A stretch of 55,136 nt of DNA. Source: a virus. Lineage: Duplodnaviria > Caudoviricetes. Below are positions 45,145 to 55,136 of this stretch, piece by piece. The stretch's first letter is position 1. Each line of letters starts with the position of its first letter. The notes under the pieces are model-generated. The model worked only from the letters and a program-made list of their open reading frames with translations. It ran no database searches and was not told the DNA's origin. The position numbers and the translations under genes are program-made. The stretch covers positions 1 to 55,136 of the IMG/VR virus record IMGVR_UViG_3300046004_002451; one strand, given 5' to 3'.

Positions 45145-47313
45145 TCAGAGGGGCAAAGAGGGCTGCTCTTGAGCTGCACTAGCTGCTGGTCCAGCGGGCG
45201 CTTCTGGCGCCGGGGGCATCGAGGCGGCAATTTCTTCGGCGCTGAATGGCACAATGATTTCCTCAGCATCTTTGATCTGATAGGATTTGAGCTGCTGCCG
45301 ATAAAGTGAGGTGAGACGTTGCTGAACGAGTGGAGGCAGCATGTAAAACTGTTGTGCAGCTACCGCGGCGCTTTGTGCCTGTGCAGCTTCTTGTTGCCCT
45401 CGGTACTTGGTCATTTCCAAGTCCACGTTGAGCGACATATCGCGGACTTCTTCCGGTGTGATCTCTGCGAAAAGCGAGACATCGCCGTTAAAGAATTTGA
45501 AAACGCGGGGGCTGTCGAGATGAGCAATGGCCAACTGGCCAAGTGAGCGAACGAGGTCGCGCACATCCGGCATTAAATCGCTGATGAACTTTCCAAACAG
45601 CTCGCTGCCGCTGGCTTCGAGGTTGCGCACACCAGTTGCCAGTTTGGCGGTATCCATGCCCACCATGCCGGCATCGTTCACGTTTGTGACGCCGCTCATG
45701 TTGAGGGCAATCTGCATGATGAACTCCAGCATGGTTTTAAGGTCCATGCCTTTCAGGTCAGGCAGTGCGACATAAGAGAGGATTTCGGCATCAGTTTTGC
45801 CTGGCTTTGGTGTGTAGGTGCCGCCGTTGTTCAGTTTCAGCGCGGGATCGGCATCACCTTCCACGGTATTGTGCGGCCGCCATAGAGTGACGCGGCCGCT
45901 GCTGGATTGGCTGAAATTCCAGCGATTAAACACGAGGTCGGCATCGGTTTGCAGCGACTCAAACACTTCCACATTGCCCTGGCCATGGATGCGGCCAGCT
46001 ACCGGGTTAATGCGTAAGCACCGATAAGGGCGCCGTGCATCAGGAGTGAAGTTAGCAACATAGTCGTAGGCAATGGGGTATCCTTCCTCTGTCGCAATCA
46101 GGAGGATGTCTTCCATGTTACCATCCTCGTTGGCGTCGTAATGGAGGCAGAACCGCCCTATGTTGAGTTGCGGCTCCTGGTCGTCGGTGCCGAGTGATGC
46201 CATGCCTTCGCTGAGGTCTGCGCGGCCCTGCTTAGCTGCGGCGTCAGGGTTACGATTGCTACCTGGTAGCAGCCGCTCAAGCATGAGCGCTACTCGCTGC
46301 ATGGTATCCTCCGGCCCAAGTCCATCGACTTGTCCAAAGCGGTGGACGAGGTTTATCAGTGGCTCACTCGTGCGGTGCCATAGGATGTCAGCTTCATCGA
46401 GCGTAGCAGCATCGAGGGGGTAGAGGAAGTCGGCCGGCTGGAGGAGGTCGGCTTTTGGCCCCTCCTTCACGAGAGTGCGGCGCCAAATGATCTGCTCTTC
46501 GTATAAGTCCTGCCCCGGGTATGGCGTGACGCCATCCCTTTTCAGGACCATCTCGCCGGTAGGTGTGCCGGGTGCGCCTGTGGCTGGATCTACCGCGGCT
46601 GGTTTAGCGATGAAGCTGTCTTCTTTTTCCAGGATGAAATCGCCGTCAACGGTCGATACATACGGGGCGCCATCCGCTCCAATCAGCACACTCGCTTTCC
46701 GCTGGTAGTAGCTGTACTTCTTCTGGTAACTGAGGGCGAAGAAGGCACCACTGGTGATAGCCGCGCGCTCCAGGCCTGCATCAATGTCTGCACGGGTATT
46801 GTTGTCGCTGTCGAGGGTATGGCGTATCCAGCGGTCAAGTTTTTCAGAGAGTGCCTTGTCCTCTGACCCTACATCGTAGGCCGAATAGTATGGATCTGTA
46901 CCTGTGAAGTAGGCAATCAACCGCGCGATTTGTTGTTGGAGAATGCGGCGAGTGACTGGGACGTGGAGATTTGATTCTGCAAAAATGCCGCCCAGGATAG
47001 AAGGTCTCCAATCGAACTTCATGGCGTAAGTCAGGAGTGCCATGTACTGCGTGTCGAGGTGCTTGCGCTCGTGCCGGCCTGAATTGGTGAGCCCCTGCCG
47101 ATACCAATCTTGAGAGCTAAAGTCCCGCAAGCCGAGATCCCCGGCGAGTTTAGACTTACGCTGCTGTACGTGCGCCAACAATCTGTCTTCTTGTTCCCGA
47201 GTCAGGATTAACGCGCCCTCAATGAGCACACGAGGTTTATCCGCCTGCTCAGGTGCGAGTGGCGGTAATTTGGCGGCGAGGCGGTGCGCCTGTGGTTCAG
47301 ATGCTACAGGCAT
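45145..47313 (-). CDS. Portal protein (P22-like, long)
   Basis: 722 aa; RINPVAGRIHGQGNVE...LQ...D...NR, MSGVT...G...TAKLATG and Gln-rich C-terminal helix pattern. Confidence 0.8.
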   Translation of the reverse strand: MPVASEPQAHRLAAKLPPLAPEQADKPRVLIEGALILTREQEDRLLAHVQQRKSKLAGDLGLRDFSSQDWYRQGLTNSGRHERKHLDTQYMALLTYAMKFDWRPSILGGIFAESNLHVPVTRRILQQQIARLIAYFTGTDPYYSAYDVGSEDKALSEKLDRWIRHTLDSDNNTRADIDAGLERAAITSGAFFALSYQKKYSYYQRKASVLIGADGAPYVSTVDGDFILEKEDSFIAKPAAVDPATGAPGTPTGEMVLKRDGVTPYPGQDLYEEQIIWRRTLVKEGPKADLLQPADFLYPLDAATLDEADILWHRTSEPLINLVHRFGQVDGLGPEDTMQRVALMLERLLPGSNRNPDAAAKQGRADLSEGMASLGTDDQEPQLNIGRFCLHYDANEDGNMEDILLIATEEGYPIAYDYVANFTPDARRPYRCLRINPVAGRIHGQGNVEVFESLQTDADLVFNRWNFSQSSSGRVTLWRPHNTVEGDADPALKLNNGGTYTPKPGKTDAEILSYVALPDLKGMDLKTMLEFIMQIALNMSGVTNVNDAGMVGMDTAKLATGVRNLEASGSELFGKFISDLMPDVRDLVRSLGQLAIAHLDSPRVFKFFNGDVSLFAEITPEEVRDMSLNVDLEMTKYRGQQEAAQAQSAAVAAQQFYMLPPLVQQRLTSLYRQQLKSYQIKDAEEIIVPFSAEEIAASMPPAPEAPAGPAASAAQEQPSLPL

Positions 47314-47385
47314 GGTGGTGGTCTGCACCGGTGGCTGCCTAAAATTTCTGGTGTCAAATACAGATTTAGGTGCCCACCGTGGCGA

Positions 47386-48159
47386 ATGCTGAAACGAAAG
47401 AAGCCAGCCGGTGCCGCTGCCACGCAATGTATATCCTGGCGAGCTGTGCCCGACACTCTAGGGACCGGCCGTGTGCGACTCTATAATGCAGACAAAGGTT
47501 GCCCTGATTTAATGCCAGCGGCTTTGGAGGGTTCCCTGAAAGATACGCCTTGGGTATTGGTGCATTTACCTTCGCGGCGCTGGCAAGCCTGGGCGTCGAA
47601 GGATGGGGCGCTGACTGTATTGCGCTCGATAGGCGAGGGCGAGATTCAACCCGATTCGTCATTCCTCCCCCCTTTAGACAAAAAAAGAAGCCGTGTACGT
47701 GCAGCGGCGCGCGCGAGGGAAATACCCCCATCAGAGGGGGTATCCGAAGGGGTTTCTGAGGGGGTATTGCAACCGCCTTCACCGCCGGCGGCAGTGGCAA
47801 CTCCCGTGCCGGATGATTTGTCATTCGATAAAGCGATGCAGCATGTATTCCCCGTGTCCAAGATCACGGCTCAGATTGAGCGGCTGCTACATGCAGAAGA
47901 GGATATTTACGACCGCGAGGGCACTGTGATAGGGTCGAAACCTGTTTTCTCGACTCAGTTCTCGATGCTCAAAACGCTCATTGAATACCATCAAGGCCGG
48001 CCAGATGTGAAGCCAAAAACCAAAGACGTGAAGGCGCCGATAACGATTCAAGAGTTGCGTGCCAAAATGATCCTCAGTGATGAATATCGAATTGGCATCA
48101 TCGACATGGCGAATGATTGCGCCAAAATCTCAGCGGCGAGGAAGGCACAACCTGCATGA
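47386..48159 (+). CDS. Putative terminase small subunit
   Basis: ATGA-coupled immediately upstream of TerL; helical C-terminal LKTLIEYHQGRP; start uncertain. Confidence 0.55.
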   Translation: MLKRKKPAGAAATQCISWRAVPDTLGTGRVRLYNADKGCPDLMPAALEGSLKDTPWVLVHLPSRRWQAWASKDGALTVLRSIGEGEIQPDSSFLPPLDKKRSRVRAAARAREIPPSEGVSEGVSEGVLQPPSPPAAVATPVPDDLSFDKAMQHVFPVSKITAQIERLLHAEEDIYDREGTVIGSKPVFSTQFSMLKTLIEYHQGRPDVKPKTKDVKAPITIQELRAKMILSDEYRIGIIDMANDCAKISAARKAQPA

Positions 48160-50039
48160 GTGAAGACCCGAATCTTGATGACGTTGACCAACTCATCATC
48201 CGGCGGAAGCCTGGCGCATGGCTGGAAACCTGTGGCCATATCATCGACAAGGCTGGTAATGAGCGAGGTATCGACTCGTTTGAGGGTTTGGCGCTCCAAG
48301 CTAACTGGCTGCAGCGCCGTATCTTTGAGGTGGCGCAATGGTGCCTCGATAATAATGAGCCGTGTCGGCAACTCGTTTACAAGCCACGACAAAAGGGTTG
48401 TAGCACTGGCACTATGGGCCTGGCCTACTGGTGGAGCCGGCGTGTGCGGTCGAACTGCCTCATCATGGGCGGGCAGTATTCGCAGGTGGAAAACTTGTGG
48501 GGCATCCTTGGCCATTATGCAGCTCGGGATAAATTCGACTGGGGCAACGAGATGACGGTGAATGCCGAAAAAGCACACTGCACGAATGGCAGTGAATGGC
48601 AGTGGGAGACCGCGCGAGATCCCGAAGCTGGTCGGTCCGGCACATATCAGGTTGCTGTGCTGACTGAGGTGGCTCGCTGGTCTGAGCAGGGTGTGAGCAA
48701 CGCAGCGAAAGTCCTGAATGGCGTGCAGAACTGCGTGCCTAAACTGCCTGGAACGCTAGTCATTTTGGAAACGACGGTGAAGGGTGGCTTTGGTGAGTTT
48801 TTCCACAAGTGGCAAGGTGATAAGGAGAAGAATGTGCCCGGTGCCGTGACTTTTGAGGAGTTCAAACGCGGTAAGCGTGGCAACGGCTGGATTAAGGTCT
48901 TTGCGCCCTGGTTCAAGTTTGATGACAGTGCTATCGCGGTGCGGGATGAACAAGAAGCCGCGGACATTATGGCCGGCATTGGAGCGCTGAGTGAGAGCGA
49001 AGCCTTGGCTGAGCGTGACATGGCTCGGAAGTTTGGTCTCAAAGCGCCACAAATCAAATACTGGCGCGATGTGCTCATCAATGAGTGCCAGCGAGATCCA
49101 GATAACCGGGACCGTGAGTATCCACCAACTCCAGAAGCAGGGTTCAAAAGCACGTTGCCAGGTAGGTTCTCGCGATTGGGTCTCCACCGGCTCCGTGCTG
49201 CTGCTGAGAATGCGCGGAGTGAAATGAAGAGGTTCATTCTCGAAGATCCTCAACGGACCAACCGCCAATTTGTAAAACGATATGTCAGCTCTGATGCTGA
49301 GGCCGACTTTTACGAATATGAGGCACCTCGAATTGGTATGCGGTATGTGCTCGCGGCCGATTTAGCGGCTGGGGTAGAAGTGACTGAAGGTGCCAACACC
49401 GATTGTCATACTATGCTCATGCTGCGCGAGGGCTATATGGATAGCCGGCGAGGCGTTTGGATGCCTCCTAAAGTCGTGGCTACCTGCAAGGTGGATAATC
49501 GCATTGACCAGATACCTTTAGCTGGGCTGGCGTGGAAACTGAGTCAGTATTACGGCGGCTGTTTGATTGTGCCGGAGGCCAATTACGATCGCGGTTTTAT
49601 CCGTATTCTACGCGATTTGGGCGCGCATATTTATGAGCGTGAGCGGCCGGCTACCGAAAAGGAAGACGCACGGCCAACGAACAAGTACGGGTTCTGGACC
49701 AAGGGCGGCGATGGCGAGAACCAACGTGGCTGGTGCATCGAGCAAGTAGCGCGTGCTGTGCGCGAGTGGGATGTCGATGGCAGCGGCTTAGACTGTCCGG
49801 CCCTGCATGTGATCAGCGAATTGGAGTATTTTATCCGCAAGGAAAATGGCAGGGAGGAAGCTGCACCGGGCAAGCATGATGATTGGGTTATTGCGCTAGC
49901 CTTGGCCTTGGCCACGATGGCCGGCGGCACTCTGTATCATCCCAAGTCGGCGGCACCTGAATTGCCACGCCATCAACTTCGCGCGGCCGAGAAAGCAACG
50001 GGTTCTCAGCGCGCCTCAATACCTGGGCTGCAAGCGTGA
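48156..50039 (+). CDS. terL: Terminase large subunit
   Basis: KPRQKGCST Walker A, VLTEVARW Walker B, ILETT motif III; nuclease motifs AADLAAG, VPEAN, HDDWVIALAL. Confidence 0.92.
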   Translation: MSEDPNLDDVDQLIIRRKPGAWLETCGHIIDKAGNERGIDSFEGLALQANWLQRRIFEVAQWCLDNNEPCRQLVYKPRQKGCSTGTMGLAYWWSRRVRSNCLIMGGQYSQVENLWGILGHYAARDKFDWGNEMTVNAEKAHCTNGSEWQWETARDPEAGRSGTYQVAVLTEVARWSEQGVSNAAKVLNGVQNCVPKLPGTLVILETTVKGGFGEFFHKWQGDKEKNVPGAVTFEEFKRGKRGNGWIKVFAPWFKFDDSAIAVRDEQEAADIMAGIGALSESEALAERDMARKFGLKAPQIKYWRDVLINECQRDPDNRDREYPPTPEAGFKSTLPGRFSRLGLHRLRAAAENARSEMKRFILEDPQRTNRQFVKRYVSSDAEADFYEYEAPRIGMRYVLAADLAAGVEVTEGANTDCHTMLMLREGYMDSRRGVWMPPKVVATCKVDNRIDQIPLAGLAWKLSQYYGGCLIVPEANYDRGFIRILRDLGAHIYERERPATEKEDARPTNKYGFWTKGGDGENQRGWCIEQVARAVREWDVDGSGLDCPALHVISELEYFIRKENGREEAAPGKHDDWVIALALALATMAGGTLYHPKSAAPELPRHQLRAAEKATGSQRASIPGLQA

Positions 50040-50110
50040 GGGCGCCGATTCTGTCTCTAAAGAAACTTCCTTGACTTCGCATTTTTTAGGCAGGCAACGG
50101 TTTGGCCACT

Positions 50111-51232
50111 ATGTCTGTGGTCTCCACCCAGCCCCCAACCGCCGCCAGCGAGGTTTTGCCCGCCGGTCAAGCACCCATCGTGCCAGTCTCTCAAGCTGGC
50201 AACAATACCCACCCAAACGATAACAACTCCTCGGCGGTCAATGAGACGCCGGTTCCTGGAGCCAGTTGGGGTGTGGACTTGGAAGGAATAACAGATAGCG
50301 AGTCGCTGAATCGTGCCATTGAAGGCATGGGTCTGCCTGAGCTGCCGCCGGAGGGAACTCAAACAGTTCCTACACCTACGGTGCCGGCACAGATTGCACC
50401 GGCCGAAGATGCTTTGACGCGCCCTGGCGAAATGCCGCGCAATCTCAAGATGCCGATTCGTGATGAGGTGGACTGGAAAGTTCAATCCCTCATCAAAGAT
50501 GCCCGGCTTAACAACCGTGAGATGACTTATGCGCAAGCTGAGCATCAAGCGCTTGCTGCCTTGGGACGTGCTCCAGTTGAGCCGCTGCAATCAATCGGCC
50601 ACGAGCCGGCGCCCATCGTGCCGGAGAGCCTGCCACCTGCTGAGAATGCTGACCTCGATGCTGCTTACGCAGATTATCAGGCTGCCCGACAAGCGTTTGA
50701 TGATGAAGCCGAAGTGAATGCACTCCGCCGCATCAATGCTCTTGAGCGTGATCATGGCCAAGCAGCGATTGCAGCAACGGCCCAAGCCGCTAAGGCACAG
50801 CAAGAAGCGCAAACCGATTTTGATGCTCGATGGAACGATACCGTATCCACGGTTCAACGTGTCTATGCTGACGCTGCAAACCCTGAGAGCGCACTGTCCC
50901 AGCGCGCAGCGGAGATTCAGCAAGCCTACGCAGCGAGCACTGACCCGTCTCAACTGGCTATCTACCACTCACCCAATTCCGCCATGCTGTATTACCAGCT
51001 CGCGGCCATGGATTTGCAGGTGCAGCCCAGCCCGGCCCCGGCGCCAATTCCTTCACAGAAGTCCACACCTCAACTGGTCCCAGGTAATCGGCCCCCAATG
51101 TCCGCCTACCTCGCCGGGGGTCAACCCGGCAATGCAGCACCGGCGCCTCCTGGCTTCGACCTGAACCGTATCACCGACTCGCACGACCTCGATGCACTCA
51201 TCGAGGCTCAGGCCGGCCGGTGGGCCGCGTGA
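50111..51232 (+). CDS. Capsid scaffolding protein
   Basis: Acidic Pro/Ala-rich protein with central coiled coil, directly upstream of the capsid gene. Confidence 0.7.
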   Translation: MSVVSTQPPTAASEVLPAGQAPIVPVSQAGNNTHPNDNNSSAVNETPVPGASWGVDLEGITDSESLNRAIEGMGLPELPPEGTQTVPTPTVPAQIAPAEDALTRPGEMPRNLKMPIRDEVDWKVQSLIKDARLNNREMTYAQAEHQALAALGRAPVEPLQSIGHEPAPIVPESLPPAENADLDAAYADYQAARQAFDDEAEVNALRRINALERDHGQAAIAATAQAAKAQQEAQTDFDARWNDTVSTVQRVYADAANPESALSQRAAEIQQAYAASTDPSQLAIYHSPNSAMLYYQLAAMDLQVQPSPAPAPIPSQKSTPQLVPGNRPPMSAYLAGGQPGNAAPAPPGFDLNRITDSHDLDALIEAQAGRWAA

Positions 51233-51272
51233 GGTTGTTATCAGGGCGCCATAACCAAACAAACCCAACATT

Positions 51273-52820
51273 ATGGCAGACTTTAACGGAAACGGACCGA
51301 ACGACTACTCAAACGCTGGAGGAACGACCGGGCTCTCGCAGCAAGGCGTCGATCCTCGCAAGATTTGGGATCGCGCAGTTAGCATTTACGAAGGTGAAGA
51401 AGATCCCTTCATCAATCTCGAAGGTGGCTCTGATGCCATTATCGAGACCAAGAACGACACCGCCGCCGGCGCCGGTGCAACCATCAAATTCACCGTCACC
51501 TCCGAGTTCGGCGATGAGGGCAAGATGGGTGATGACCTTTTTGAAGTCGGTGACGACTTCGAGGAAATGTTGCTCGGCGAATTTGAGCTGACTGTGGACT
51601 GGCTCCGCGGTGCGACTCGCTGGAAAAAGCGCGGCATGGAAGTGATGGGCCTCGGCACTGAACTGACACGCAAAGTGCCCCAGCAGCTCGGTGCCTGGAG
51701 TGGCAAAATGAAAGCACACTCGATGCTCATGACAATTCTGCACAAGACCAGCTCGAACAACCACTTCTACGTCGATGGCGGCGGTGAGGACGTGTTGACC
51801 TTTGGCGATACGCTCACGTATGACGCCATTGTGAAGGGTGGAGCAATCCTGAAACCCCTGGGCGGCACCGCTGCCAAGATTGGCCGCGATGCTCAAAACA
51901 ACCCTATTTGGGGTGCGTGCGTGCTCGCAACCGATAACGCTACCTTCGGTCTCAAGATGGACCCTGTGTACCGTGCCAACCTGCAAAACGCTTTTGACAA
52001 GGGCGCCAAAAACTTGCTGTTCTCCGGTGGTGTCGCAAACGTCGATGGCCATCTCATCAAGGAATACATCCCTCGTCGTGGTGATATCGAAGGTGCTGTC
52101 GGTAGTCCTCTCAACCCACAAGCACTTCTTGGCGTTGCGATTGAGGCCGGCACGGTAACGTTCTCCCTCAAGGGTGGCGGTAATGCCATCAGCGCAGCCA
52201 AGACCAAAAAGAAGTTCTTTAAGTATTTCCCAAAAAATGCTTTTGCTTGGAGCCCATCTGACGCTTTGAGCACGACCAGCCAGATTTGCTGGAAGCTGCA
52301 AGCTACTGGTTACGATAATGGCGTGTCTCCCGATGTGCCGGCAACGAATGTGTTTTATGTCCGTGTGCAGAATCCGCCGAATGCCACCACGGCTGCCGGC
52401 AAGTGGGGTTTCTATGAAATCTCCGCCAACAATGGCAATCTGCTCACGGTTTCTGCCCGTCTCGCTGGCACGGCCAATTCAGGCGTGACCCTCGACATCG
52501 CTCACACAACCATCGGTGGTGTGACATGGAACAGCGCTGTTAATACTGCTGACCATGAAGCCGGTGCTCTGGTAGTGCTCTGCAACCGTCTTGGCACCCC
52601 GCTTGGCGCCACCCCGTTCATGTACCGCCAGATGGCGTATCGTGGATATGGGAGTGTCCGCAATCAGCGCCAGGAAGATTCGCACAACGGCGGATTCGTC
52701 CAGGAACGCTACATTGAAACCGTGTTTGGCCAATGTCTGCGCGAGGACCGCGTCGGCAACAAGCCGGGCGTGGCCATCATCAAACATGCCGTGAGTTATC
52801 CCGGCCTGATTGATTCCTAA
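51273..52820 (+). CDS. Major capsid protein (N4-gp56/DUF4043-like HK97 fold)
   Basis: IIETKND..AGAGATIKF, LTVDWLR, LFSGG.ANVDG.LIKE and ETVFG; followed by a strong terminator. Confidence 0.85.
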   Translation: MADFNGNGPNDYSNAGGTTGLSQQGVDPRKIWDRAVSIYEGEEDPFINLEGGSDAIIETKNDTAAGAGATIKFTVTSEFGDEGKMGDDLFEVGDDFEEMLLGEFELTVDWLRGATRWKKRGMEVMGLGTELTRKVPQQLGAWSGKMKAHSMLMTILHKTSSNNHFYVDGGGEDVLTFGDTLTYDAIVKGGAILKPLGGTAAKIGRDAQNNPIWGACVLATDNATFGLKMDPVYRANLQNAFDKGAKNLLFSGGVANVDGHLIKEYIPRRGDIEGAVGSPLNPQALLGVAIEAGTVTFSLKGGGNAISAAKTKKKFFKYFPKNAFAWSPSDALSTTSQICWKLQATGYDNGVSPDVPATNVFYVRVQNPPNATTAAGKWGFYEISANNGNLLTVSARLAGTANSGVTLDIAHTTIGGVTWNSAVNTADHEAGALVVLCNRLGTPLGATPFMYRQMAYRGYGSVRNQRQEDSHNGGFVQERYIETVFGQCLREDRVGNKPGVAIIKHAVSYPGLIDS

Positions 52821-52830
52821 ACCCCTCAAT

Positions 52831-52868
52831 GGTCCGGCCCCTCAAAAGGGGGCCGGACTTTCTTCTTT
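52831..52868 (+). terminator. Rho-independent terminator after the capsid gene
   Basis: GTCCGGCCCC-tcaaaag-GGGGCCGGAC followed by TTTCTTCTTT. Confidence 0.85.
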
Positions 52869-52882
52869 ACCAAACTACGACC

Positions 52883-53455
52883 ATGATTAAAGCCCTCATC
52901 TATCTCCCAGCCATCTCGAAGTCTGTCCAGCGTGTGCGCGAGTTTCGCCGCTGCCCCGAGTATGACAACCTTTTGGCTTATCTTGGCCGGCCTTTGGCCC
53001 TCGAAGAATTTAACAAAATCGCGAGTCGCGTCATTTCTGACCTGACCCGCACGGAACTTGGTGTGTTGCCATGCGTCAAACTTGTGGACATCCCTGATAT
53101 TATGCCGGTCGCGACGGTGGAACCGGTCGCGCCGGTGGAACCGGTTGCCGGCGCTGGTGCATTTCTAGCTCCTGCACCTGTCGAACCAATCTCTGAAAAC
53201 TGTCACCCTCCTGAGTTGGTTTTTCCTGATGGTGTTGTCATTGAGACCCTGGAAACAGGTGAGTTCTGTGTTGCAGATTACCGGGCCGGCGCCGCTCTGT
53301 ATCTTGGGGCCGGCTCCTCTGAATGGCAGTCTGACATTTCCCTTATCACACCGTTCGAGTCACCTGGCGCCGCCACCTTTGCGGCTCAGGCTACCCTACT
53401 GCCTTCGGCTGACGCGACACAACCCAGCGCTAAGCGCACCAGAAAATCGAAGTAA
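52883..53455 (+). CDS. Hypothetical virion-region protein
   Basis: ATG at 52883; ends in basic KRTRKSK; TAATG overlap with the next gene. Confidence 0.65.
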   Translation: MIKALIYLPAISKSVQRVREFRRCPEYDNLLAYLGRPLALEEFNKIASRVISDLTRTELGVLPCVKLVDIPDIMPVATVEPVAPVEPVAGAGAFLAPAPVEPISENCHPPELVFPDGVVIETLETGEFCVADYRAGAALYLGAGSSEWQSDISLITPFESPGAATFAAQATLLPSADATQPSAKRTRKSK

Positions 53456-54282
53456 TGTCTGAAATTTTCCAGCATCTCAAGCCTGCTGATACTGCCGGCG
53501 CTGCATCAGCAGCGCTCGGTAAGCGGCTAGGTGTGCTGGAGGATCTCGAGCGCAATACACTAGGCCAGTCGCTACCTGCAGTCGTGACAGATTCGGCGAC
53601 GGGGAGGCGAGTGCTTGCACAGATTACGCTGCCCGGCGGAGTGCCTGACGCGGCTCCCTTCGATCGTAACTATCCGGCCGGCAAGACTCCAAGCGGCTCG
53701 GAGACTGATGTGCTAGCAAAAACCAAGGCCGTTATCAGCCGGCTTGATGTCGCGCAGGACGGCTTTGCACCGGTCATGGTCGGCTATGACATCACCGCGC
53801 AACGCGCCGGGCTGTATGAAGTGCCGGCCATCCCCATCGGCCCCTCCACGGGCGAGCCTTTCAGCGTGTCGCATGGTGGCGGTGACGTGTGGCATGTCAT
53901 GGGCGGGCGGGTGACGTATGGCTATTATGCTGACGCTTCCTTCACGGTCGATCCTGTAACCCTGCATGTGCGTGAGGGCTGGATTGGCTTCCAGGTGTCC
54001 TATGCGCCAAAGAAGAGCGAGAGCTTCCACCAGCTTTATACTGCTACTCCATCCGCCATTTACTCGCCGGGTGCCAACTACGTCAACAGCGCCTCTCCAA
54101 CGATCAACTACCCCGACGAGACCACTGACCAAAAGGACTATCTGCCGGGTTCTCTCTTTTACCCGCTGGCTTACGTCACGGCTCCACTGAACACGCAGCG
54201 CGCCGAGATCCTGATTGTGGCCGGTGGTGCTGATTTTTCCCTTGGCGGATGGGTGAACTACGGTCCGCCGCACGCCAAATAA
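53455..54282 (+). CDS. Hypothetical structural protein
   Basis: 275 aa ORF in the late operon. Confidence 0.65.
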   Translation: MSEIFQHLKPADTAGAASAALGKRLGVLEDLERNTLGQSLPAVVTDSATGRRVLAQITLPGGVPDAAPFDRNYPAGKTPSGSETDVLAKTKAVISRLDVAQDGFAPVMVGYDITAQRAGLYEVPAIPIGPSTGEPFSVSHGGGDVWHVMGGRVTYGYYADASFTVDPVTLHVREGWIGFQVSYAPKKSESFHQLYTATPSAIYSPGANYVNSASPTINYPDETTDQKDYLPGSLFYPLAYVTAPLNTQRAEILIVAGGADFSLGGWVNYGPPHAK

Positions 54283-54288
54283 TCTCCT

Positions 54289-54831
54289 ATGTCTCCCGCA
54301 CTCATCGACATGCAATCCAAGCGCCTCCTCGACGCTGCGGATGGACATGGCTACGGGGTGCCTGCGGGCGTGATGACTCCGGGCGGGCGGTCTCCGCAAC
54401 TCTACGGCACAGAGCACCCATTCAAGGGTAAGCCGCACGGGGCACTCGCAATGCTCGCCTGCTACAAGGTCGGGGATGACATATACATGCAGCGCGGCTT
54501 TGTCGAGGGCACGCCAGTCTCAGGAACCGGCAAAATCAATCTCAGCGAGGGCGATGATGTTTATCTTGTGGTCTCACTGGTGCGGCAAAAGGCGCTTTGG
54601 TTCACGCATCCATACACAAATCAAAAATTCGAGTATCTGACTGGCCGGTACTCAATCTCTGCGGCGAACATCGTCATCCTACCGGGCGGTTCAGATCCTC
54701 CGGCGACAGAGAACGGACTCACACGGTACACGAATTACGATCTCCTTTTTACCGCGACAAACATCGCCTCACCTGATTTTCACACTTTGGGCCGGTGGCG
54801 CTCCATCGCCCGCGTCGATCTGACTTTTTAA
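54289..54831 (+). CDS. Hypothetical structural protein
   Basis: 180 aa ORF in the late operon. Confidence 0.65.
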   Translation: MSPALIDMQSKRLLDAADGHGYGVPAGVMTPGGRSPQLYGTEHPFKGKPHGALAMLACYKVGDDIYMQRGFVEGTPVSGTGKINLSEGDDVYLVVSLVRQKALWFTHPYTNQKFEYLTGRYSISAANIVILPGGSDPPATENGLTRYTNYDLLFTATNIASPDFHTLGRWRSIARVDLTF

Positions 54832-54842
54832 CGAATCCCTCC

Positions 54843-55136
54843 ATGCCCGCCTCAACCTATCTCAACAACAAAATTCTCGATCTCGTCTTTGGCGGCGCTG
54901 CGTACACAGACCGTCCATCGACCTTGTATTTTGCGCTGTTCACATCTTCACCGGTGGCATCAGGTGGAGGCGAGGAAGTTGTTGGTGCTGCGTATGCCCG
55001 AAAAGCCGTCACCGCGAACACAACAAATTTCCCGGCCATTTCGACTGCTGGCGATAACATGTCTCTGGCGGCAGACATCCAGTGGCCGCTTGCCACCGGC
55101 GATTGGGGCACGGTGGTAGCTTGGGGCCTCTCCTTT
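54843..55136 (+). CDS. Tail-associated structural protein, 3' partial (not in ORF track)
   Basis: MPASTYLNNKILDLVFGGAAY...TLYFALFTSSP..SGGGEEV.GAAYAR...GDWGTVVAWGL; open to the window end. Confidence 0.8.
   Translation, partial: MPASTYLNNKILDLVFGGAAYTDRPSTLYFALFTSSPVASGGGEEVVGAAYARKAVTANTTNFPAISTAGDNMSLAADIQWPLATGDWGTVVAWGLSF

Noticed and set aside
1-55136. Diversity-generating retroelement, intein or protelomerase
   Set aside because: No reverse transcriptase motifs, no intein splice motifs in TerL or the helicase, and no second tyrosine-recombinase-family gene recognised.

Overview
The whole window reads as most of the genome of a temperate tailed phage, about 58% GC by eye, with no host genes. 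The sequence starts and ends inside virion genes, and the integrase and a candidate attP lie intact in the middle. Order of modules: tail/fibre genes and lysis cassette (1-4.7 kb), tyrosine integrase and att region, then a long leftward early operon. That operon holds a DHH phosphoesterase, SSB, replication initiator, acyl carrier protein, DUF2303 pair and a repressor/Cro-like switch. Next come a RusA-like resolvase, a 7282-aa polyvalent DarB-like protein, internal virion genes and portal, followed by divergent terminase, scaffold, capsid and tail genes. Two things stand out. (1) At 7.2-10.4 kb the small accessory genes are separated by integron attC-like hairpins (six complete, several half or degenerate). 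The genes run opposite to the usual cassette orientation. Their stop and start codons lie inside the hairpins, and the GTT/AAC crossover triplet is an in-frame Asn codon at every site that retains it. This suggests a frame-preserving, translationally coupled cassette array in a phage that has no IntI of its own. (2) The giant protein gene hides several nested genes (alternate-frame and antisense), two with their own sigma70-type leaderless promoters, next to enzymatic or toxin-like domains. Family assignments come from motif recognition only; no searches were run.
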